DNA of 64,000 nucleotides from Escherichia coli (GTDB lineage Bacteria; Pseudomonadota; Gammaproteobacteria; Enterobacterales; Enterobacteriaceae): NCBI RefSeq assembly GCF_017348835.2, contig NZ_CP071375.1; one strand, 5' to 3'. Shown piece by piece: positions 55,812 to 64,000 of this stretch (position 1 is its first letter; each line of letters starts with the position of its first letter). The notes under the pieces were generated by a model. It saw only the letters and a program-made list of their open reading frames with translations, ran no database searches and was not told where the DNA came from. The position numbers and the translations under genes were made by a program.

Positions 55812-57698
55812 ATGTCTTTTAGCGAATTTTATCAGCGTTCGATTAACGAACCGGAGCAGTTCTGGGCCGAGCAGGCCCGGCGTATTGACTGGCAGACGCC
55901 CTTTACGCAAACGCTTGATCACAGCAATCCGCCGTTTGCCCATTGGTTTTGTGAAGGCCGAACCAACTTGTGTCACAACGCTATCGACCGCTGGCTGGAG
56001 AAACAGCCAGAGGCGCTGGCGCTGATTGCCGTCTCTTCGGAAACAGAAGAAGAGCGCACCTTTACCTTTCGTCAGCTGCATGACGAAGTGAATGCGGTGG
56101 CGTCAATGCTGCGCTCGCTGGGCGTGCAGCGTGGCGATCGGGTGCTGGTGTATATGCCGATGATTGCCGAAGCGCATATTACCCTGCTGGCCTGCGCGCG
56201 CATTGGCGCTATTCATTCGGTGGTGTTTGGGGGATTTGCCTCGCACAGCGTGGCGGCGCGAATTGATGACGCTAAACCGGTGCTGATTGTCTCGGCTGAT
56301 GCCGGAGCGCGCGGTGGCAAAATCATTCCCTATAAAAAATTGCTCGACGATGCGATAAGTCAGGCGCAGCATCAGCCGCGCCACGTTTTGCTGGTGGATC
56401 GCGGACTGGCGAAAATAGCGCGCGTCAGCGGGCGGGATGTCGATTTCGCGTCGTTGCGCCATCAACACATCGGCGCGCGGGTGCCAGTGGCGTGGCTGGA
56501 ATCCAACGAAACCTCCTGCATTCTCTACACTTCCGGCACGACCGGCAAACCTAAAGGCGTGCAGCGTGACGTCGGCGGATATGCGGTGGCGCTGGCGACC
56601 TCGATGGACACCATTTTTGGCGGCAAAGCGGGCGGTGTGTTCTTTTGTGCTTCGGATATCGGCTGGGTGGTGGGGCATTCGTATATCGTCTACGCGCCGC
56701 TGCTGGCGGGGATGGCGACTATCGTTTACGAAGGATTACCGACCTGGCCGGACTGCGGCGTGTGGTGGAAAATCGTCGAGAAATATCAGGTTAGCCGGAT
56801 GTTCTCAGCGCCGACCGCCATTCGCGTACTGAAAAAATTCCCTACCGCTGAAATTCGCAAACACGATCTCTCGTCGCTGGAAGTGCTCTATCTGGCTGGA
56901 GAACCGCTGGACGAGCCGACCGCCAGTTGGGTGAGCAATACGCTGGATGTGCCGGTCATCGACAACTACTGGCAGACCGAATCCGGCTGGCCGATTATGG
57001 CGATTGCTCGCGGTCTGGACGACAGGCCGACGCGTCTGGGAAGCCCCGGCGTGCCGATGTATGGCTATAACGTGCAGTTGCTTAATGAAGTCACCGGCGA
57101 ACCGTGTGGCGTCAACGAGAAAGGGATGCTGGTGGTGGAAGGGCCGCTGCCTCCGGGTTGTATTCAGACCATCTGGGGCGACGACGACCGTTTTGTGAAG
57201 ACGTACTGGTCGTTGTTTTCCCGCCCGGTGTACGCCACTTTTGACTGGGGTATCCGCGATGCTGACGGTTATCACTTTATCCTCGGGCGCACTGATGATG
57301 TGATTAACGTTGCCGGGCATCGGCTGGGCACGCGCGAGATTGAAGAGAGTATTTCCAGTCATCCGGGCGTTGCCGAAGTGGCGGTGGTTGGGGTGAAAGA
57401 TGCGCTGAAAGGGCAGGTGGCGGTAGCGTTTGTCATTCCGAAAGAGAGCGACAGTCTGGAAGACCGAGACGTGGCGCACTCGCAAGAGAAGGCGATTATG
57501 GCACTGGTGGACAGCCAGATTGGCAACTTTGGCCGCCCGGCGCACGTCTGGTTTGTCTCGCAATTGCCGAAAACGCGATCAGGAAAAATGCTGCGCCGCA
57601 CGATCCAGGCGATTTGCGAAGGACGCGATCCTGGGGATCTGACGACCATTGATGATCCGGCGTCGTTGGATCAGATCCGCCAGGCGATGGCAGACTAA
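55812..57698 (+). CDS. prpE: Propionyl-CoA synthetase (acyl-CoA synthetase family)
   Basis: ORF 55812..57698, 628 aa; AMP-binding motif YTSGTTGKPKG. Confidence 0.95.
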   Translation: MSFSEFYQRSINEPEQFWAEQARRIDWQTPFTQTLDHSNPPFAHWFCEGRTNLCHNAIDRWLEKQPEALALIAVSSETEEERTFTFRQLHDEVNAVASMLRSLGVQRGDRVLVYMPMIAEAHITLLACARIGAIHSVVFGGFASHSVAARIDDAKPVLIVSADAGARGGKIIPYKKLLDDAISQAQHQPRHVLLVDRGLAKIARVSGRDVDFASLRHQHIGARVPVAWLESNETSCILYTSGTTGKPKGVQRDVGGYAVALATSMDTIFGGKAGGVFFCASDIGWVVGHSYIVYAPLLAGMATIVYEGLPTWPDCGVWWKIVEKYQVSRMFSAPTAIRVLKKFPTAEIRKHDLSSLEVLYLAGEPLDEPTASWVSNTLDVPVIDNYWQTESGWPIMAIARGLDDRPTRLGSPGVPMYGYNVQLLNEVTGEPCGVNEKGMLVVEGPLPPGCIQTIWGDDDRFVKTYWSLFSRPVYATFDWGIRDADGYHFILGRTDDVINVAGHRLGTREIEESISSHPGVAEVAVVGVKDALKGQVAVAFVIPKESDSLEDRDVAHSQEKAIMALVDSQIGNFGRPAHVWFVSQLPKTRSGKMLRRTIQAICEGRDPGDLTTIDDPASLDQIRQAMAD

Positions 57699-57702
57699 GG
57701 TA

Positions 57703-58067
57703 ATGTCGGATGCGTCGCGTGGCGCATCCGACACCATGCGCCGATGCCTGATGCGACGCTGACGCGTCTTATCATGCCTACAGGTCTGAACCGTAGGTCG
57801 GATAAGGCGTTCGCGCCGCATCCGACACCGTGTGCAGATGCCTGATGCGACGCTGACGCGTCTTATCATGCCTACAGGCCTGAACCGTAGGTCGGATAAG
57901 GCGCTCGCGCCGCATCCGACACCGTGCGCAGATGCCTGATACGACGCAGGCGCGTCTTATCATGCCTACAGGCCTGAACCGCAGGTCGGATAAGGCGTTC
58001 GCGCCGCATCCGACACCATGCGCCGATGCCTGATGCGACGCTGGCGCGTCTTATCATGCCTGCCCAC
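57703..58067. repeat. BIME/REP array (about 3.5 tandem ~98-bp units)
   Basis: Repeated GCCTGATGCGACGCTGACGCGTCTTATCATGCCTACAGG...GTAGGTCGGATAAGGCG...GCATCCGACA; phantom ORFs on both strands. Confidence 0.9.
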
Positions 58068-58214
58068 TGTTTTTACACCGATAATTTTCCCCCACCTTTT
58101 TGCACTCATTCATATAAAAAATATATTTCCCCACGAAAACGATTGCTTTTTATCTTCAGATGAATAGAATGCGGCGGATTTTTTGGGTTTCAAACAGCAA
58201 AAAGGGGGAATTTC

Positions 58215-59474
58215 GTGTCGCAAGATAACAACTTTAGCCAGGGGCCAGTCCCGCAGTCGGCGCGGAAAGGGGTATTGGCATTGACGTTCGTCATGCTGGG
58301 ATTAACCTTCTTTTCCGCCAGTATGTGGACCGGCGGCACTCTCGGAACCGGTCTTAGCTATCATGATTTCTTCCTCGCAGTTCTCATCGGTAATCTTCTC
58401 CTCGGTATTTACACTTCATTTCTCGGTTACATTGGCGCAAAAACCGGCCTGACCACTCATCTTCTTGCTCGCTTCTCGTTTGGTGTTAAAGGCTCATGGC
58501 TGCCTTCACTGCTGCTGGGCGGCACCCAGGTTGGCTGGTTTGGCGTTGGCGTGGCGATGTTTGCTATTCCGGTGGGCAAGGCAACCGGGCTGGATATTAA
58601 TTTGCTGATTGCCGTTTCCGGTTTACTGATGACCGTCACCGTCTTCTTTGGCATTTCGGCGCTGACGGTTCTTTCGGTGATTGCGGTTCCGGCTATTGCC
58701 TGCCTTGGCGGTTATTCCGTGTGGCTGGCCGTTAACGACATGGGCGGTCTGGACGCATTAAAAGCGGTCGTTCCCGCACAACCGTTAGATTTCAATGTCG
58801 CGCTGGCGCTGGTTGTGGGGTCATTTATCAGCGCGGGTACGCTCACCGCTGACTTTGTCCGCTTTGGTCGCAATGCCAAACTGGCGGTGCTGGTGGCGAT
58901 GGTGGCCTTTTTCCTCGGCAACTCGTTGATGTTTATTTTCGGTGCAGCGGGCGCTGCGGCACTGGGGATGGCGGATATCTCTGATGTGATGATTGCTCAG
59001 GGCCTGCTGTTGCCTGCGATTGTGGTGCTGGGGCTAAATATCTGGACCACCAACGATAACGCGCTCTATGCGTCGGGTTTAGGTTTCGCCAACATTACCG
59101 GGATGTCGAGCAAAACCCTTTCGGTAATCAACGGTATTATCGGTACGGTCTGTGCATTATGGCTGTATAACAATTTTGTCGGCTGGTTGACCTTCCTTTC
59201 GGCAGCTATTCCTCCAGTGGGTGGCGTGATCATTGCCGACTATCTGATGAACCGTCGCCGCTATGAGCACTTTGCGACCACGCGTATGATGAGTGTCAAT
59301 TGGGTGGCGATTCTGGCGGTCGCCTTGGGGATTGCCGCAGGCCACTGGTTACCGGGAATTGTTCCGGTCAACGCAGTATTAGGTGGCGCGCTGAGCTATC
59401 TGATCCTTAACCCGATTTTGAATCGTAAAACGACAGCAGCAATGACGCATGTGGAGGCTAACAGTGTCGAATAA
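58215..59474 (+). CDS. codB: Cytosine permease (NCS1 family)
   Basis: ORF 58215..59474, 419 aa. Confidence 0.95.
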   Translation: MSQDNNFSQGPVPQSARKGVLALTFVMLGLTFFSASMWTGGTLGTGLSYHDFFLAVLIGNLLLGIYTSFLGYIGAKTGLTTHLLARFSFGVKGSWLPSLLLGGTQVGWFGVGVAMFAIPVGKATGLDINLLIAVSGLLMTVTVFFGISALTVLSVIAVPAIACLGGYSVWLAVNDMGGLDALKAVVPAQPLDFNVALALVVGSFISAGTLTADFVRFGRNAKLAVLVAMVAFFLGNSLMFIFGAAGAAALGMADISDVMIAQGLLLPAIVVLGLNIWTTNDNALYASGLGFANITGMSSKTLSVINGIIGTVCALWLYNNFVGWLTFLSAAIPPVGGVIIADYLMNRRRYEHFATTRMMSVNWVAILAVALGIAAGHWLPGIVPVNAVLGGALSYLILNPILNRKTTAAMTHVEANSVE

Positions 59475-60747
59475 CGCTTTACAAACAATTATTAACGCCC
59501 GGTTACCCGGCAAAGAGGGGCTGTGGCAGATTCATTTTCACGACGGAAAAATCAGCGCCATTGATGCGCAATCCGGCGTGATGCCCGTAACTGAAAACAG
59601 CCTTGATGCCGAACAAGGTTTAGTTATACCGCCATTTGTGGAGCCGCATATTCACCTGGACACCACGCAAACCGCCGGACAACCGAACTGGAATCAGTCT
59701 GGCACGCTGTTCGAAGGCATTGAACGCTGGGCCGAGCGCAAAGCGTTATTAACCCATGACGATGTGAAACAACGCGCATGGCAAACGCTGAAATGGCAGA
59801 TTGCCAACGGCATTCAGCATGTGCGTACCCATGTCGATGTTTCGGATGCAACGCTAACTGCGCTGAAAGCAATGCTGGAAGTGAAGCAGGAAGTCGCGCC
59901 GTGGATTGATCTGCAAATCGTCGCCTTCCCTCAGGAAGGGATTTTGTCGTATCCCAACGGTGAAGCGTTGCTGGAAGAGGCGTTACGCTTAGGGGCAGAT
60001 GTAGTGGGGGCGATTCCGCATTTTGAATTTACCCGCGAATACGGCGTGGAGTCGCTGCATAAAACCTTCGCCCTGGCGCAAAAATACGACCGTCTCATCG
60101 ACGTTCACTGTGATGAGATCGATGACGAGCAGTCGCGCTTTGTCGAAACCGTTGCTGCCCTGGCGCACCGTGAAGGCATGGGCGCGCGAGTCACCGCCAG
60201 CCACACCACGGCAATGCACTCCTATAACGGGGCGTATACCTCGCGCCTGTTCCGCTTGCTGAAAATGTCCGGTATTAACTTTGTCGCCAACCCGCTGGTC
60301 AATATTCATCTGCAAGGACGTTTCGATACGTATCCAAAACGTCGCGGCATCACGCGCGTTAAAGAGATGCTGGAGTCCGGCATTAACGTCTGCTTTGGTC
60401 ACGATGATGTCTTCGATCCGTGGTATCCGCTGGGAACGGCGAATATGCTGCAAGTGCTGCATATGGGGCTGCATGTTTGCCAGTTGATGGGCTACGGGCA
60501 GATTAACGATGGCCTGAATTTAATCACCCACCACAGTGCCAGAACGTTGAATTTGCAGGATTACGGCATTGCCGCCGGAAACAGCGCCAACCTGATTATC
60601 CTGCCGGCTGAAAATGGATTTGATGCGCTGCGCCGTCAGGTTCCGGTACGTTATTCTGTACGTGGCGGCAAGGTGATTGCCAGCACACAACCGGCACAAA
60701 CCACCGTATATCTGGAGCAGCCAGAAGCCATCGATTACAAACGGTGA
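59464..60747 (+). CDS. codA: Cytosine deaminase
   Basis: ORF 59449..60747; start set to GTG 59464 preceded by GGAGG (6-nt spacer); overlaps the codB 3' end. Confidence 0.93.
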   Translation: MSNNALQTIINARLPGKEGLWQIHFHDGKISAIDAQSGVMPVTENSLDAEQGLVIPPFVEPHIHLDTTQTAGQPNWNQSGTLFEGIERWAERKALLTHDDVKQRAWQTLKWQIANGIQHVRTHVDVSDATLTALKAMLEVKQEVAPWIDLQIVAFPQEGILSYPNGEALLEEALRLGADVVGAIPHFEFTREYGVESLHKTFALAQKYDRLIDVHCDEIDDEQSRFVETVAALAHREGMGARVTASHTTAMHSYNGAYTSRLFRLLKMSGINFVANPLVNIHLQGRFDTYPKRRGITRVKEMLESGINVCFGHDDVFDPWYPLGTANMLQVLHMGLHVCQLMGYGQINDGLNLITHHSARTLNLQDYGIAAGNSANLIILPAENGFDALRRQVPVRYSVRGGKVIASTQPAQTTVYLEQPEAIDYKR

Positions 60748-60783
60748 TCGGCTGGGCTGTGTGTTGACAAAGCGAGCGTAGTT

Positions 60784-60870
60784 TATGCCGGATGCGGCGT
60801 GAACGCCTTATCCGGCCTACGTAGAGCACTGAACTCGTAGGCCTGATAAGCGTAGCGCATCAGGCAATTG
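60784..60870. repeat. REP pair (BIME) between codA and cynR
   Basis: GCCGGATGCGGCGTGAACGCCTTATCCGGCCTAC...GTAGGCCTGATAAGCGTAGCGCATCAGGCA. Confidence 0.85.
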
Positions 60871-60879
60871 TGTCAGTGG

Positions 60880-61779
60880 CTACCGTGATTCATTCCCGCC
60901 AACATCCGCGCATTCCTCCAATGCCATGTGCAAAAATGCCTTCGCAGCGGCAGTCTGCCAGCTATTTTTCCGCCGCAACAAAACCGCCGTTCTCTCCAGT
61001 AGTGGCGGGGCAAGAGAAATAGCTTTAAGCCCGTCATGTTGTGTGGCAATCGCTGCTGGTAACAATGTGGAAAGGGAAGTGCGGCGAATCAGCTCCAGAA
61101 CCGCGCTAATTGAGTTCGCCTCAATGACCACCTGTGGATGTAGCCCCGCTTTCTCGCAGTAGTGGTCAATTTGCTCTCTGGTGGCAAATTCCGCGCTGAG
61201 CAGGACCAGCTTTTCATCATGCAAGCGACTCAACGCCACCTGTTCACAGGCAGCCAGCGGATGATGTTGCGCCACGACTAACGCTAAACTTTCTGTCAGT
61301 AAAGGAATTGCCTCCAGCTCCGGCGAATGCACAGGCGCGAAGGCAATCCCAACGTCCAACTCGTCGCGACAAAGCAGATCTTCGATTTTCTCCTGCGACA
61401 TTTCCTGTAGCTGGAGCGTGATGCCGGGGTAGCGCGCATAGAAATCCGCCATTAAAGGGCCGATAAAGTAGCTTGTAAAGGTGGGAGTGACGGCGATACG
61501 CAGCGATCCTCGCGTCAGATCGGCAACATCATGAATCGCCCGTTTACCCGCTCCCAGTTCCTGTAACGCCTGGCTGGCGTACTGTCGCCAGACTTCTCCT
61601 GCATCAGTGAGACGAATCGTTCGCCCGCTACGGTCAAACAGCGGCACGCCTAAACTCTCCTCTAACTGGCGAATCTGCTGAGAAAGCGCAGGCTGGGAGA
61701 CGTGCAACGCACTGGCTGCACGGGTGAAGCTGCCATGTTCAGCCACGGCAAGAAAGTAATTGATATGTCGAGAGAGCAT
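60880..61779 (-). CDS. cynR: LysR-family activator of the cyn operon
   Basis: ORF 60880..61803; start chosen at [19 protein letters not shown]. Confidence 0.93.
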   Translation of the reverse strand: MLSRHINYFLAVAEHGSFTRAASALHVSQPALSQQIRQLEESLGVPLFDRSGRTIRLTDAGEVWRQYASQALQELGAGKRAIHDVADLTRGSLRIAVTPTFTSYFIGPLMADFYARYPGITLQLQEMSQEKIEDLLCRDELDVGIAFAPVHSPELEAIPLLTESLALVVAQHHPLAACEQVALSRLHDEKLVLLSAEFATREQIDHYCEKAGLHPQVVIEANSISAVLELIRRTSLSTLLPAAIATQHDGLKAISLAPPLLERTAVLLRRKNSWQTAAAKAFLHMALEECADVGGNESR

Positions 61780-61888
61780 TCGCCAACCTATAAGTAAATC
61801 CAATAGAACTCATCATAAATGAGACTTTTACCTTATGACAATCGGCGAGTAGTCTGCCTCTCATTCCAGAGACAGACAGAGGTTAACG

Positions 61889-62548
61889 GTGAAAGAGATT
61901 ATTGATGGATTCCTTAAATTCCAGCGCGAGGCATTTCCGAAGCGGGAAGCCTTGTTTAAACAGCTGGCGACACAGCAAAGCCCGCGCACACTTTTTATCT
62001 CCTGCTCCGACAGCCGTCTGGTCCCTGAGCTGGTGACGCAACGTGAGCCTGGCGATCTGTTCGTTATTCGCAACGCGGGCAATATCGTCCCTTCCTACGG
62101 GCCGGAACCCGGTGGCGTTTCTGCTTCGGTGGAGTATGCCGTCGCTGCGCTTCGGGTATCTGACATTGTGATTTGCGGTCATTCCAACTGTGGCGCGATG
62201 ACCGCCATTGCCAACTGTCAGTGCATGGACCATATGCCTGCCGTCTCCCACTGGCTGCGTTATGCCGATTCAGCCCGCGTCGTTAATGAGGCGCGCCCGC
62301 ATTCCGATTTACCGTCAAAAGCTGCGGCGATGGTACGTGAAAACGTCATTGCTCAGTTGGCTAATTTGCAAACTCATCCATCGGTGCGCCTGGCGCTCGA
62401 AGAGGGGCGGATCGCCCTGCACGGCTGGGTCTACGACATTGAAAGCGGCAGCATCGCAGCGTTTGACGGCGCAACCCGCCAGTTTGTGCCACTGGCCGCT
62501 AATCCTCGCGTTTGTGCCATACCGCTACGCCAACCGACCGCAGCGTAA
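61889..62548 (+). CDS. cynT: Beta-class carbonic anhydrase
   Basis: ORF 61889..62548, 219 aa; CSDSR and HSNCGA zinc-ligand motifs. Confidence 0.95.
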   Translation: MKEIIDGFLKFQREAFPKREALFKQLATQQSPRTLFISCSDSRLVPELVTQREPGDLFVIRNAGNIVPSYGPEPGGVSASVEYAVAALRVSDIVICGHSNCGAMTAIANCQCMDHMPAVSHWLRYADSARVVNEARPHSDLPSKAAAMVRENVIAQLANLQTHPSVRLALEEGRIALHGWVYDIESGSIAAFDGATRQFVPLAANPRVCAIPLRQPTAA

Positions 62549-62560
62549 CCTTATTTTTAA

Positions 62561-63049
<489 letters not shown>

Positions 63050-63054
63050 CAGCC

Positions 63055-64000
63055 ATGCGCAACCATCAAAAGACGTTCACGATGCTGCTGGTTCTGGTGC
63101 TGATTGGTCTTAATATGCGACCACTGCTCACCTCCGTCGGGCCACTGCTACCGCAATTGCGCCAGGCAAGCGGAATGAGCTTTAGCGTGGCTGCCCTGTT
63201 GACCGCTCTTCCGGTGGTCACCATGGGCGGGCTGGCGCTGGCCGGAAGCTGGCTTCATCAGCATGTCAGCGAACGTCGCAGCGTCGCCATCAGTTTGTTG
63301 CTGATTGCCGTCGGTGCATTGATGCGTGAGCTTTACCCCCAAAGTGCGCTGCTGCTTAGCAGCGCACTGCTTGGTGGGGTGGGGATCGGCATCATTCAGG
63401 CGGTGATGCCTTCGGTGATTAAACGGCGGTTTCAGCAGCGCACGCCACTGGTGATGGGGCTGTGGTCCGCGGCTCTGATGGGCGGCGGTGGACTTGGCGC
63501 CGCCCTGACGCCCTGGTTAGTTCAACATAGCGAAACCTGGTATCAAACACTCGCCTGGTGGGCGCTGCCTGCCGTTGTTGCGCTCTTTGCCTGGTGGTGG
63601 CAAAGCGCCCGCGAGGTCGCCTCTTCCCACAAGACAACAACCACTCCGGTTCGCGTGGTATTTACTCCCCGCGCGTGGACGCTGGGTGTTTACTTCGGTC
63701 TGATTAACGGTGGTTACGCCAGCCTGATTGCCTGGTTACCCGCCTTCTATATTGAGATTGGTGCCAGCGCGCAGTACAGCGGTTCCTTGCTGGCATTGAT
63801 GACGCTTGGGCAAGCCGCAGGAGCTTTGCTGATGCCTGCTATGGCTCGCCATCAGGATCGGCGCAAACTGTTAATGCTGGCGCTGGTGTTACAACTGGTG
63901 AGGTTCTGCGGCTTTATCTGGCTGCCGCTGCAATTGCCGGTATTGTGGGCGATGGTGTGTGGGTTAGGTCTGGGTGGCGCGTTTCCGCTCTGTTTGCTGC
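63055..64000 (+). CDS. cynX: Cyanate transporter (MFS), 3' end beyond the window
   Basis: Frame open from ATG 63055 to window end (MRNHQKTFTMLLVLVLIGLNMRPLLTSVGPLL...); absent from ORF track because no stop is reached. Confidence 0.85.
   Translation, partial: MRNHQKTFTMLLVLVLIGLNMRPLLTSVGPLLPQLRQASGMSFSVAALLTALPVVTMGGLALAGSWLHQHVSERRSVAISLLLIAVGALMRELYPQSALLLSSALLGGVGIGIIQAVMPSVIKRRFQQRTPLVMGLWSAALMGGGGLGAALTPWLVQHSETWYQTLAWWALPAVVALFAWWWQSAREVASSHKTTTTPVRVVFTPRAWTLGVYFGLINGGYASLIAWLPAFYIEIGASAQYSGSLLALMTLGQAAGALLMPAMARHQDRRKLLMLALVLQLVRFCGFIWLPLQLPVLWAMVCGLGLGGAFPLCLL

Noticed and set aside
57579-58057. Three overlapping minus-strand ORFs (57579..57869, 57778..57963, 57872..58057)
   Set aside because: Repeat-derived reading frames inside the prpE-codB BIME array (near-identical RCRMRRERLIRP... 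peptides).
57703-58067. Possible CRISPR array suggested by the regular ~98-bp periodicity
   Set aside because: The units are palindromic REP sequences with no unique spacers and no cas genes nearby; a BIME, not CRISPR.

Overview
Enterobacterial (Escherichia coli / Shigella-type) chromosomal segment, largely syntenic with the E. coli K-12 region running eaeH - ykgA - rclCBA/rclR - ykgEFG - ykgH - betABI/betT - pdeL(yahA) - yahBCDEFGIJ - yahKLMNO - prpR/prpBCDE - codBA - cynR/cynTSX. Gene identities come from reading the supplied translations against remembered protein families; no database search was run. It is not K-12 itself: (i) a partial plus a complete LysR regulator and two aldo-keto reductases lie upstream of eaeH; (ii) eaeH/fdeC is full length (1417 codons) apart from one in-frame TAG; (iii) an IS629-like IS3-family element (1310 bp, 3-bp TAT target duplication) interrupts ykgH; (iv) a ~4.3 kb accessory island sits between ykgH and betA; (v) a ~5.5 kb island with an LsrB/LsrACD-like ABC importer and an ASCH-domain gene sits between yahJ and yahK; (vi) yahN carries a 1-bp homopolymer frameshift. 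The most interesting locus is island (iv): a fimB/fimE-like recombinase gene with two frameshifts, followed by a ~245-bp AT-rich segment bounded by perfect 16-bp inverted repeats, then a LuxR-type regulator gene, a second frameshifted LuxR-type gene and a small secreted protein. This resembles the fimX-hyxR promoter-inversion switch of uropathogenic E. coli, apparently locked by recombinase decay. I see no evidence of a wholly undescribed system, and no rRNA, tRNA or CRISPR array. REP/BIME palindromic repeats occupy several intergenic gaps. Coordinates of sequence motifs were counted by eye and may be off by 1-2 bp; several frameshifts lie in homopolymer runs and could be sequencing errors.
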